Shown: positions 31,925-46,937 of the stretch, in pieces
Numbering within the stretch: position 1 is the stretch's first letter
How the letters are laid out: the number at the start of each line of letters is the position of its first letter
Origin: the human T2T-CHM13v2.0 reference genome, Homo sapiens
NCBI RefSeq assembly: GCF_009914755.1
Contig: NC_060938.1
Length of the DNA: 64,000 nt
Reading direction: 5' to 3' (one strand)
The notes under the pieces: generated by a model
Told to the model about the DNA's origin: nothing
What the model saw: only the letters and a program-made list of their open reading frames with translations
Databases searched by the model: none
Translations under genes and position numbers: made by a program

Positions 31925-32648
31925 TTTTTATTTTTTATTTCTTTTGTTTTAGAAACTTTTTTTTTATACTTTTAAGTTTTAGGGTACATGTGCACAACAT
32001 GCAGGTTTGTTACATATGTATACATGTGCCATGTTGGTGTGCTGCTCCCATTAACTCATCATTTAACATTAGGTATATCTCCTAATGCTATCCCTCCCCC
32101 CTCCCCCCACCCCACGACAGGTCCTGGTGTGTGATGTTCCCCTTCCTGTGTCCATGTGTTCTCATTGTTCAATTCCCACCTATGAGTGAGAACATGCAGT
32201 GTTTGGTTTTTTTCCTTGCCGTAGTTTGCTGAGAATGATGGTTTCCAGCTACATCCATGTCCCTACAAAGGACATGAACTCATCATTTTTTATGGCTGCA
32301 TAGTACTCCATGGTGTATATGTGCCACATTTTCTTAATCCAGTCTATCATTGTTGGACATTTGGGTTGGTTCCAAGTCTTTGCTACTGTGAATAGTGCCG
32401 CAATAAACATACATGTGCATGTGTCTTTATAGCAGCATGATTTATAGTCCTTTGGGTATATACCCAGTAATGGGATGGCTGGGTCAAATGGTATTTCTAG
32501 TTCTAGATCCCTGAGGAATCGCCACACTGACTTCCACAAGGGTTGAACTAGTTTACAGTCCCACCAACAGTGTAAAAGTGTTCCTATTTCTCCACATCCT
32601 CTCCAGCACCTGTTGTTTCCTGACTTTTTAATGATCGCCATTCTAACT
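31925..32648 (-). mobile_element. L1PA (PA4/PA5-like), 5'-truncated, ~0.7 kb
   Basis: ORF 32249..32653 is the ORF2 C-terminus ([18 protein letters not shown]); L1PA 3'UTR; TSD ccaacc(t/g)tttttt. Confidence 0.93.
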
Positions 32649-32954
32649 GCCAACCGTTTTTTTAAATTGCAAGCCCAGTAATTATATTTTCCAAGAATGA
32701 CATAGCATGTAGTGTGGGAAATACAAGCAGTTATGGAGAGTATATTTGAGAGTAATTACAACTGTCCTAAAAATTCTGATGCATGTGATCATGATAATTA
32801 TTATTCATTAAACTGAACTGCTTGGACAAAATTTACATTTTCCTAAAAATCATGTTTATTAGAGAAATTGTTGTATTATTCTTAAAATATTGTTAACATG
32901 AATATCCAAAGTTACCTCGGCAATAAAACATTTATGCTTTTGGGTTTGCTCCAG

Positions 32955-33026
32955 GTTTGATCAAGTACTGAAAGGCAGGCCTCTCGCTCTCTGTGGATCA
33001 TATAAATGATGTAAAGATGGAATTTT
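32955..33026 (+). other. Candidate upstream coding exon of OR11H6 (ATG 33017: M-E-F plus 1 nt)
   Basis: Acceptor ttttgggtttgctccag|, Kozak AAGATGG, donor T|GTGAGT in phase 1, matching the acceptor at 34402. Confidence 0.45.
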
Positions 33027-34149
33027 GTGAGTATCTTAACAGTGACGCTAATAATACAATAAATTATCCTAATTTTAAAGTCATTATATTGCTAAATTTA
33101 AAATATTGATAGTGGCTTACCCAGCCAAATATTCTGAACTTTAACAAGGATATTTGAGGACACAGAAATAAGCCTGCTGGACCAATAGTTTCTAGAAAAT
33201 TGTTAGCAAAATATCTAAGTTATTTATCTTGTCTCAACTCCTGATTTAGCAAATATCAGAAAGATCTTTCTGTTCTCTGCACATCCTGAGGTGACTCTTT
33301 TATTCATTATTTAATTTATGGAAAAGCAAGATAATGAAGGGACAAATTATAAAGTTTAGGACTTAATTTCTAGCAAAAATAAAGGCACATGGCTTTATTA
33401 CTAGAGAAATTGATTTACCCAACAGCAAGCTCCCTCAAGAGCTAAGTCATGATGTAGAATAGTACAATTTGTTGGAGAAGGAGGCTGACAAGCAGGGAAA
33501 ATGGTGGCCTGCCAAAGAAGTCATAGGTAAGGGACATAACAGCTGCCTTCAGTTATTTAAGACCTCACTACCACCATCATGGGAGAGGAATTAGACTTAT
33601 TTTGTGTAGTTTCAACAAAGTCAAAGTTTACCTGCTGACTTGGGGAGTACCAAGATCAATGGGTAAAAGTAATAAAGGATACAAAGTTTGCTCACCATAA
33701 AGAAGGGCTTTGAGAGAACTAGAGCTCCTCACGAGAAAAAGGGGCTGGATTATTCAGCAAATCCAGATGCCACCAGGGAGAATGTGATCTGGGGGGAACT
33801 AGATTTGTAGCTTTCAGACCATTTTACAGATTCCTAAGGGTTCTGCAGCACCTCCCTGAGAGTAGCAAAAGGAAGGGAGCTGAAGACTCCCCAAAGTTTA
33901 ATTCCTATCTGCTTTTTATTGGACTTCTACATATGAGGCTCTAAGAAGGCAATTTTAATATAGCAACTATTCTTGCTTCAGATTTATACTCAATTTTGCT
34001 TTAAAGTAAAAGAATATATCCAAAGTTTATATTTATATGTAGAGTATCTAAGGGGCAGTGATTTTACCATTAAAGATGAAACATTACTGAGACTCAGTGT
34101 TATAGAAAATTTGAAGTGAAACATGATTTGTTCCAAACCAATCTCCAAA

Positions 34150-34372
34150 TAGGCCAGTGTATCTGGGCGTTACTGGCTTTGTACATATGTTTAAGTGAAC
34201 CCTTCTAATCTCTTTGAACTTCAATTACCCTGTCTGTGAAAGAGAAGGGTAAAGAATACCTCCTCGCAGCTCAAAGAGTCATTAGGAAGACCAAATGAGA
34301 TAATGTATGTAAAAATACTTAGTACATCATCCAGCATGAGTTAGCAAAATCTCCAAATGTTCTTTATTATTC
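34150..34372 (+). mobile_element. MIR whose 3' terminus overlaps the OR11H6 ATG at 34357
   Basis: ctgtctgtgaaa...aatacctcctc...aaatgagataatgtatgtaaa...cttagtaca...aaatgttctttattatt follows the MIR core and tail. Confidence 0.7.
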
Positions 34373-35349
34373 ATTCTTTGGTTACTTCTGTTTTTCTAAC
34401 AGCTTTGGGACCCCAGAACAGAACAATGCATTTTGTGACTGAGTTTGTCCTCCTGGGTTTCCATGGTCAAAGGGAGATGCAGAGCTGCTTCTTCTCATTC
34501 ATCCTGGTTCTCTATCTCCTGACACTGCTAGGGAATGGAGCTATTGTCTGTGCAGTGAAATTGGACAGGCGGCTCCACACACCCATGTACATCCTTCTGG
34601 GAAACTTTGCCTTTCTAGAGATCTGGTACATTTCCTCCACTGTCCCAAACATGCTAGTCAATATCCTCTCTGAGACTAAAACCATCTCCTTCTCTGGTTG
34701 CTTCCTGCAATTCTATTTCTTTTTTTCACTGGGTACAACAGAGTGTTTCTTTTTATCAGTTATGGCTTATGATCGGTATCTGGCCATCTGTCGTCCATTA
34801 CACTACCCCTCCATCATGACTGGGAAGTTCTGTATAATTCTGGTCTGTGTATGCTGGGTAGGCGGATTTCTCTGCTATCCAGTCCCTATTGTTCTTATCT
34901 CCCAACTTCCCTTCTGTGGGCCCAACATCATTGACCACTTTGTGTGTGACCCAGGCCCATTGTTTGCACTGGCCTGCATCTCTGCTCCTTCCACTGAGCT
35001 TATCTGTTACACCTTCAACTCGATGATTATCTTTGGGCCCTTCCTCTCCATCTTGGGATCTCACACTCTGGTCATCAGAGCTCTGCTTTGTATTCCCTCT
35101 GGTGCTGGTCGAACTAAAGCTTTCTCCACACGTGGGTCCCACCTAATGGTGGTGTCTCTATTCTATGGAACCCTTATGGTGATGTATGTGAGCCCAACAT
35201 CAGGGAACCCAGCAGGAATGCAGAAGATCATCACTCTGGTATACACAGCAATGACTCCATTCTTAAATCCCCTTATCTATAGTCTTCGAAACAAAGACAT
35301 GAAAGATGCTCTAAAGAGAGTCCTGGGGTTAACAGTTAGCCAAAACTGA
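34357..35349 (+). CDS. OR11H6: Olfactory receptor 11H6 (330 aa ORF; carries Arg259 and His236 at conserved Cys and Tyr positions)
   Basis: Uninterrupted 7TM OR ORF with [33 protein letters not shown]; N-terminus MFFIIHSLVTSVFLTALGPQNRTM recognised. Confidence 0.95.
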   Translation: MFFIIHSLVTSVFLTALGPQNRTMHFVTEFVLLGFHGQREMQSCFFSFILVLYLLTLLGNGAIVCAVKLDRRLHTPMYILLGNFAFLEIWYISSTVPNMLVNILSETKTISFSGCFLQFYFFFSLGTTECFFLSVMAYDRYLAICRPLHYPSIMTGKFCIILVCVCWVGGFLCYPVPIVLISQLPFCGPNIIDHFVCDPGPLFALACISAPSTELICYTFNSMIIFGPFLSILGSHTLVIRALLCIPSGAGRTKAFSTRGSHLMVVSLFYGTLMVMYVSPTSGNPAGMQKIITLVYTAMTPFLNPLIYSLRNKDMKDALKRVLGLTVSQN

Positions 35350-35516
35350 GATATCTTTGAAAAAGAAGCCAAATTGGCCACTTCTGACCTTAATTTTTTA
35401 TAACTATAGAGAGTAGCTTCAGTAGTATGTTCTGGCTCACACTCAGGTAGACAGACTTATCTTTCACAGTTCCTTAGCAGTTAAATGCAGCTCATTAATG
35501 ATAAATGCCAATGCTC

Positions 35517-35522
35517 AATAAA
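35517..35522 (+). terminator. Candidate poly(A) signal for OR11H6
   Basis: AATAAA 168 nt after the stop, with a GT-rich tract downstream (~35555-35575). Confidence 0.5.
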
Positions 35523-35681
35523 ACATTTTAAACATATGTGGCCTCACTGAGTAGTTATGTGGTGGGTGGGTGTATATATACGTATATTATTTTTCTGTGA
35601 TGTATCTTTGCTAGTTTTAATCTTAGCTGACAGAAGAAATCAATTGCATGTGTACTGAAACCTTTCAAAAGAGTGAGATCT

Positions 35682-35975
35682 GGCTGGGCACGGTGGCTCA
35701 CGACTGTAATCCCAGCACTTTGGGAGGCCAAAGCGGGAGGATCACCTGAGATCAGGAATTCGAGACCAGCCTGGGCAATATGATGAAACCCTGTCTCTAC
35801 TAAAAATACAAAAATTAGCTGGGCGTGATGGCACACACCTGTAATCCCAGCTACTCAGGAGGCTGAGGAATGAGAATTGCTTGAACCTGGGAGGCTAAGG
35901 GTGCAGTGAGCTGATATCACGCCACTGCCCCCTAGCCTGCATGATAGAGCAAGACTGCATCTTAAAAAAAAAAAA
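35682..35975 (+). mobile_element. AluS
   Basis: Full dimer; TSD aaaa(g)agtgagat. Confidence 0.93.
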
Positions 35976-36007
35976 GTGAGATATTTTCAATTCAGAAAAT
36001 ATACATA

Positions 36008-36353
<346 letters not shown>

Positions 36354-37189
36354 AGAAAATAAATATTCTTAAAGAATATTTGTGTGTCAAGAGGCCACCA
36401 GAAAAAAACATAGTAATAGACATCTTCCATTATTTGAGGTTGTGTTTCACACCAAAAACAGAGTATGCTTTAAACCTCTATGCTTCATACCTCTATCCCT
36501 TAGACATAAAAACCAAACTCTTTGCCATTCAAGGCCTTCACTCAACACACTGCTCCCTTCAGTTTTCTCTCCTAGTGATCCACTGTACAAGTCTTGCATT
36601 TCATGATGATCAGTCCTCAAACATATTTAGTCCCAACTGGGTATCTTTACTCACAGTACTTCCTCTCTAAATTAGTCATGACAACCCCAATATTATTTAT
36701 ACTAGGAATGATGCCCTAAACATATTTTTATTTGTACCCAGTAGTTTTCATGTCAACCACAGAGCAACAGGTGCCTCTCAGAGGCTGTAGGGCAAAGTCT
36801 AAGTTAGAAAAATATTCAGAGAAAATTATGTCAAGAACAAATTTCATTTTAGTATCCAAACTCTAGGCTGAAACAAAAAGGCAATCAACTAAGAGTTGAA
36901 TCTACTTAAAATGAAAACACACCTTTTAGTTATGGCTACCCCACAATGAAATCAGGTGGGGCAAGGAAGATGGGCCTGCCGGTGCTAGGTGATGTAATGC
37001 TCCCAAACCGTGTTTGTCAAATCTTTCCACCAAAGCATGTTTAGCAAGAGTGGTCAGAGAACATGGGGTATTGGGGGATAATATTTCTTTAAATTCAAAA
37101 TTGTATCTCAAAAATTGTCATAAATTATACTTCCTAATTCATAGTACATACATATTTGGTGTGATATAAAATTATCTTTCTAGGTAAAA

Positions 37190-37400
37190 TTGGCCCCTCA
37201 GGAAGACATTTAATCTGGGGCTTTTACGTATCCTATAGCACATGCTGTTTGAGCACAACTCAAGGAGACCATGGGGTTTCCTCAGAGTTAATATAACATG
37301 TTATTTTTAATAATCCCTACAGGAAATGTTAACAAAAATATCAATTAAACCCCCAGGCAAGATGTATGAAGATCCCTAGGGACAGCACAGAAAGTTACAG
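37190..37400 (+). promoter_or_regulatory. Candidate OR11H7 promoter
   Basis: Perfect O/E palindrome TCCCTAGGGA at 37373-37382, homeodomain CAATTA at 37342, weaker O/E-like sites ~37195 and ~37268; donor G|GTATGT at 37648. Confidence 0.5.
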
Positions 37401-40030
37401 AATCACAAGAACATGAAGGGAGACCTGAGAATTCTCAACAGTGCCTCAAATGAGGCATAAATTAAGACCAACACATAGTTCAACACCCTCAGTGAGAAAC
37501 AAGCCACTAGACTCTTAGGGTACAAGAGAAGTGAAATAAGCCACTGGTGAAGCTCTGACACAGGACTTCCATATTGGAGCCAGCGAAGGAGAGAATCCGT
37601 GTGGCCTCCCTGCAGGCTTTCTCAGGGATGACCTAGGAAAGCTTCCTGGTATGTAGGAGAGGTATTCTTCGTTGAGCGTTGCTGCTGTTATACACGACAG
37701 ATGGACTACTCACCTATACATTTCTTCATTCAACATGCTTCAGAGATTGAGTATCAAAGAATATTGGTCTATCTTTCAGCTCAAAAACCAAAAGAAAAAA
37801 AATCCCTCAGAGTGTTGAGATCACCATGCAATTCACACTTTCCAAAAGAAGTACACTAATCATCCACAGGTCTTCTCCTTCTCAGGAAGTGCCTGAGGCA
37901 CCAGGAATGCTATGACGTTTGTAGAGATTTTGAGCTTAACAGTATGGAACTAGCTTTATCCACTGGGACTAAAACCAAAAGAAAATTGGAATTTTTTTTA
38001 ATCTTCTCTCTGTTTTCCTCTCTCTGTCCCTTTCATTACTCACTTTGCACCTTCAGGAGAAGTGACATTTAAAAAAAAAGAAAAGATAAAAATAAAATCA
38101 ATGTTTTTGTGGACTAAGAACTCACATAGATTTAGTGGTGAATATATTAGGAACTGTTTCTTACAAATATGTTGGAAATTATCTGTGAAATTTATTTACC
38201 ATGCTTTCCCTGTGGCTAATTGTTTTTCTGCAAGGTTTTTGTTTGTTTGTTGTTTTTAATGTCAATGAAAGTAGTCTAAGCTCAAAGAAGCAGCTCGGTC
38301 TTGTGCATTTTGATTTTGGGTCAAAGTCTGTGAATCTGAGTTCAAAATCATTGTTGCTCCTTCTCTGTTCCAAGCATAAGTGGCTGCTCCCTGCATCACT
38401 GCTTTCTCATCTTGTTGAGGAGAGAGGTTTCTTGCTCGGAAAGGAGAATGTATAGAGGACCCATAGTGGGGAGCCATTCTTTTATGATATCTTACAAAAA
38501 TGACCATCGATGCAGGTTTAGTTTAGTTCTTCATAATCATCCTAGTTTAAAAAATTAAAAATCACTGATCCCCATCTTGCAGTTTCTTTCTCTTTTTGGC
38601 TTCTTGTCCACCAAACCACAACCTTTTGCAAAACCAGCTCTATGAAAAGGTCTATGTTTCCTTCTAGATGGGTAGATTCATAGTTCACCTTGTGCATTAC
38701 TAACTGCAACAGCTGCATGATCATAAATATATTTCTTATTTAATATAACCTCACTGAATAGGAGGGTTTTTTCTATTTGATTATGTTCAGTGAGTACTGT
38801 AAATATATATGCATACAGACAAACACACTATGTATATATGTGTGTGTGTACATATATGTATATACCACCTTGATCAAATACTATATATGTGCTACTTTAA
38901 TTGAAAAAAATATAAGGCAAATTATCCTCTTAACAATCAAAAAAGTTAAAGGTATCTTGTTAAAATTTTTCTGAAGAGTCCCATATGTTAAAGCTATCAT
39001 TTACTCTTTTCTTGGAGTTGTATTTGATTCTTGAAAATATATCTTCTTTGGTGATGGTGTTCTAAAGGAAACAAACCAACTCTCGGAAAATGGGTAAATA
39101 ATTATGTTTGAAATAACACCTTTGATTCTCTTGTATCTTGTTTTTTTGAATATTTGGAGGCTATTCTTTTACATGGACTAAAGAAAGATCTTACAAACAG
39201 TGAATTTTAGAGAAAATTCTGGCAAAAGTAATAAGAGGAGCTTTAGAAGAAAATATCCCAGTAACTGTAGTTATCTTCGCTATCTTATATGTTATCTTTA
39301 ATGAAATATTTCTTTTTAAAGGTATATGGAGCATGATAAATTATAATGTGAAATTAATCACCAGGAAATGAATAATTATGACATTTTATTGCTAAAAGCA
39401 AATGATTAAATACCAAATTGTAAATAAGCTGTAGTACAATATAAATGTCTCTAAATAGGAAAAAGCAAAATATATAAAGAATTTTATTATCTAAATATCC
39501 TTGTTGACTTTCTCCTGGTATCACTAAAAAAATTGGAAGAAAATAAATACTGTTAACAGAAATAGCTCCGGAAAGAAAGAATCTGAAATAATGTCAAAAG
39601 TACAAACTACTCAAAGCTGTAAAAAGTCTCAGACTTGAATATATTAAAAATGATGGCATATGTCTTCATAATTTGAAGTGAACAGCAATAAGTAATTGCT
39701 ATATATGAACATCTTTCACTGAAAAACAAATTAGATATAAAACAAACCATTTTTGCCTCTATTTCAAGAATTTCTTTATATCAAAAGAAGATGAAATGTT
39801 GATTTTTGTCCATTGCCACAGAAAATTCAAACAACCTGAAGTTTACAAGAATCAGACCCACAGGACTCATTTGAGAAAGATAAACCAGGTGTGCTTAAGA
39901 ATTCTTTTAGAATATCCAATATATTCACCTGCAAGAGTCAAACTCCTTATCCCAAAAAAAGCTTCAAGATGCTTCATCAGCAAAGCAAATTGTCATTGAC
40001 CATCGGTGTTCTCTCCACAGTCTGGGAAGC

Positions 40031-40975
40031 ATGAATAACTCACAGATATCTACTGTGATGCAGTTTGTGTTGTTGGGGTTTCCTGGTCCCTGGAAAATTC
40101 AGATCATCTTTTTCTCAATGATTTTGTTGGTCTACATCTTCACTCTGACTGGGAATATGGCCATCATCTGTGCAGTGAGGTGGGACCATCGACTCCATAC
40201 CCCTATGTACGTGCTCCTAGCCAACTTCTCCTTCCTAGAGATCTGGTATGTGACCTGCACAGTCCCCAACATGCTGGTAAATTTTTTCTCCAAAACTAAG
40301 ACCATATCATTCTCTGGATGTTTCACTCAGTTCCACTTCTTCTTTTCCCTGGGCACAACTGAATGCTTCTTCCTCTGTGTCATGGCTTATGATCGGTACC
40401 TGGCCATCTGCCACCCACTGCACTATCCCTCCATTATGACTGGCCAGCTCTGTGGCATCTTGGTGTCTCTTTGTTGGCTCATTGGTTTCCTTGGACATTC
40501 AATTTCCATTTTCTTCATTTTTCAACTACCTTTCTGTGGTCCCAACATCATTGATCATTTTCTGTGTGATGTAGACCCACTGATGGCATTGTCCTCTGCC
40601 CCTACTCACATCATAGGGCATGTGTTCCATTCTGTGAGCTCTCTTTTCATCAACCTCACCATGGTGTACATCCTTGGGTCCTATACCTTGGTGCTCAGAA
40701 CTGTGCTTTAGGTTCCTTCTTCAGCTGGATGGCAAAAGGCCATCTCTACCTGTGGGTCACACTTGGTTGTTGTGTCTCTGTTCTATGGAGCCATAATGCT
40801 GATGTATGTGAGTCCCACACCTGGCAACTCAGTTGCTATGCATAAGCTCATCACACTGATATATTCTGTGGTAACACCTGTCTTAAACCCCCTCATCTAC
40901 AGCCTACGCAACAAGGACATGAAATATGCCCTCCATCATGTCTTCTGTGGAATGAGAATTATCCAGAGATCATGA
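40031..40975 (+). pseudogene. OR11H7: Olfactory receptor 11H7, nonsense allele (TAG at codon 227, 40709-40711)
   Basis: ORFs 40031..40711 and 40763..40975 share one frame and are separated by a single TAG (RTVL*VPSS; the OR11H4 paralog reads AVFQVPSA); otherwise a 314-aa OR. Confidence 0.94.
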
Positions 40976-41490
40976 ATAGGGTTTTTTATAACCCAATGAC
41001 TCTTAATGCGATTGGAAGAATAATCCTCTTCTTTTAACACTAACTGACTTGATTTTATTCATGGTCATCGCCATCCTTTTGTACAAGCAAAACTCTTCAT
41101 GTATCTGATCATATTTTGACGAGCTTCTAGTTTCAGAAATGTGCTCCATGGGAGCAGGTTGGCCCCAATATATGGTAAAAATAACACATAAAAATCTTAA
41201 TATCTTCATCCATGTCCCTACAAAGGACATGAAGCCATCATTTTTATGGCTGCATAGTATTCCATGGTGTATATATGCCACATTTTCTTAATCCAGTCTA
41301 TCATTGTTGGACATTTGGGTTGGTTCTAAGTCTTTGCTATCGTGAATAATGCCGCAATAAACATACGTGTGCATGTCTCTTTATAGCAGCATGATTTATA
41401 ATCCTTTGGGTATATACCCAGTAATGGGGTGGCTGGGTCAAATGGTAATTCCAGTTCTAGATCCCTGAGGAATCGCCACACTGACTTCTA

Positions 41491-42360
<870 letters not shown>

Positions 42361-42363
42361 TTA

Positions 42364-44964
<2,601 letters not shown>

Positions 44965-45012
44965 TTATTTTGCTCGTTAGTTGATGCAGTTTCTTCCTAG
45001 TCTCGATGGTCT

Positions 45013-46028
45013 TTACATTTTGGCATGATTTTGCAGCGGCTGGTACCAGTTGTTCCTTTCCATGTTTAGTGCTTCCTTCAGGAGCTGTTGTAAGGCAGGC
45101 CTGGTGGTGACAAAATCTCTCAGCATTTGCTTGTCTGTAAAGTATTTTATTTCTCCTTCACTTATGAAGCTTAGTTTGGCTGGATATGAAATTCTGGGTT
45201 GAAAATTCTTTTCTTTAAGAATGTTGAATATTGGCCCCAACTCTCTTCTGCTTGTAGGGTTTCTGCCGAGAGATCTGCTGTTAGTCTGATGGGCTTCCCT
45301 TTGAGGGTAACCCGACCTTTCTCTCTGGCTGCCCTTAACATTTTTTCCTTCATTTCAACTTTGGTGAATCTGACAATTATGTGTCTTGGGGTTGCTCTTC
45401 TTGAGGAGTATCTTTGTGGTGTTCTCTGTATTTCCTGAATCTGAACGTTGGCCTGCCTTGCTAGATTGGGGAAGTTCTCCTGGATAATATCCTGCAGAGT
45501 GTTTTCCAACTTGGTTCCATTCTCCCCATCACTTTCAGGTACACCAATCAGACATAGATTTGGTCTTTTCACATAGTCCCATATTTCTTGGAGGCTTTGC
45601 TCATTTCTTTTTATTCTTTTTTCTCTAAACTTCCCTTCTCGCTTCATTTCATTCATTTCATCTTCCATCACTGATACCCTTTCTTCCAGTTGATCGCATC
45701 GGCTCCTGAGGCTTCTGCATTCTTCACGTAGTTCTCGAGCCTTGGTTTTCAGCTCCATCAGCTCCTTTAAGCACTTCTCTGTATTGGTTATTCTAGTTAT
45801 ACATTCTTCTAAATTTTTTTCAAAGGTTTCAACTTCTTTGCCTTTGGTTTGAATGTCCTCCCGTAGCTCAGAGTAATTTGATCATCTGAAGCCTTCTTCT
45901 CTCAGCTCGTCAAAGTCATTCTCCATCCAGCTTTGTTCCGTTGCTGGTGAGGAACTGCGTTCCTTTGGAGGAGGAGAGGCACTCTGCTTTTTAGAGTTTC
46001 CAGTTTTTCCATTCTGTTTTTTCCCCAT
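45013..46028 (-). pseudogene. L1 ORF1, disrupted
   Basis: ORF pieces 45171..45758 and 45013..45240 match ORF1p; nonsense codon and frameshift. Confidence 0.9.
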
Positions 46029-46486
46029 CTTTGTGGTTTTATCTACTTTTGGTCTTTGATGATGGTGATGTACAGATGGGTTTTTGGTGTGGATGTCCTT
46101 TCTGTTTGTTTTCCTTCTAACAGAGAGGACCCTCAGCTGCAGGTCTGTTGGAATACCCTGCCGTGTGAGGTGTCAGTGTGCCCCTGCTGGGAGGTGCCTC
46201 CCAGTTAGGCTGCTCAGGGGTCAGGGGTCAGGGGTCAGGGACCCACTTAAGGAGGCAGTCTGCCCGTTCTCAGATCTCCAGCTCCGTGCTGGGAGAGCCA
46301 CTGCTCTCTTCAAAGCTGTCAGACAGGGACATTTAAGTCTGCCGAGGTTACTGTTGTCTTTTTGTTTGTCTGTGCCCTGCCCCCAGAGGTGGAGCCTACA
46401 GAGGCAGGCAGGCCTCCTTGAGCTGTGGTGGGCTCCACCCAGTTCGAGCTTCCCGGCTGTTTTGTTTAGCTAAGCAAGCCTGGGCA

Positions 46487-46708
46487 ATGGCGGGCGCCCC
46501 TCCCCCAGCCTCGCTGCCGCCTTGCAGTTTGATCACAGACTGCTGTGCTAGCAATCAGCGAGACACCGTGGGCGTAGGACCCTCCGAGCCAGGTGCGGGA
46601 TATAATCTCGTGGTGTGCCGTTTTTTAAGCCTGTCGGAAAAACGCAGTATTCGGGTGGGAGTGACCCAATTTTCCAGGTGCCGTCCGTCACCCCTTTCTT
46701 TGACTTAG
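46487..46708 (+). CDS. L1 ORF0 (antisense 5'UTR ORF), open, 73 aa
   Basis: MAGAPPPASLPPCSLITDCCASNQRDTVGVGPSEPG... matches primate L1 ORF0; Kozak GCAATGG; expression unknown. Confidence 0.6.
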   Translation: MAGAPPPASLPPCSLITDCCASNQRDTVGVGPSEPGAGYNLVVCRFLSLSEKRSIRVGVTQFSRCRPSPLSLT

Positions 46709-46937
46709 AAAGGGAACTCCCTGACCCCTTGCGCTTCCCAAGTGAGGCAATGCCTCGCCCTGCTTCGGCTCACGCACGGTGCGCGCACCCACTGACCTCC
46801 ACCCACTGTCTGGCACTCCCTAGTGAGATGAACCCGGTACCTCAGATGAAAATGCAGAAATGGCCCGTCTTCCGCGTCGCTCACGCTGGGAGCTCTAGAC
46901 CGGAGCTGTTCCTATTCGGCCATCTTGGCTCCTCAAG

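Noticed and set aside
33501-33532. Alternative ATG-bearing exon end for OR11H6 (ATG GTG GCC ... CAT AG|GTAAGG)
   Set aside because: Phase 2, so out of frame with the phase-1 acceptor at 34402; it also shows that such ATG/donor pairs can arise by chance.
34798-35142. Antisense ORFs over the OR coding exons (also 20280..20549, 40307..40498, 55935..56147)
   Set aside because: Shadow ORFs that recur because the sense strands are paralogous; no independent evidence.
40709-40717. Stop-codon readthrough of OR11H7
   Set aside because: The context TAG GTT is not a known leaky context, and nothing in the sequence supports readthrough.
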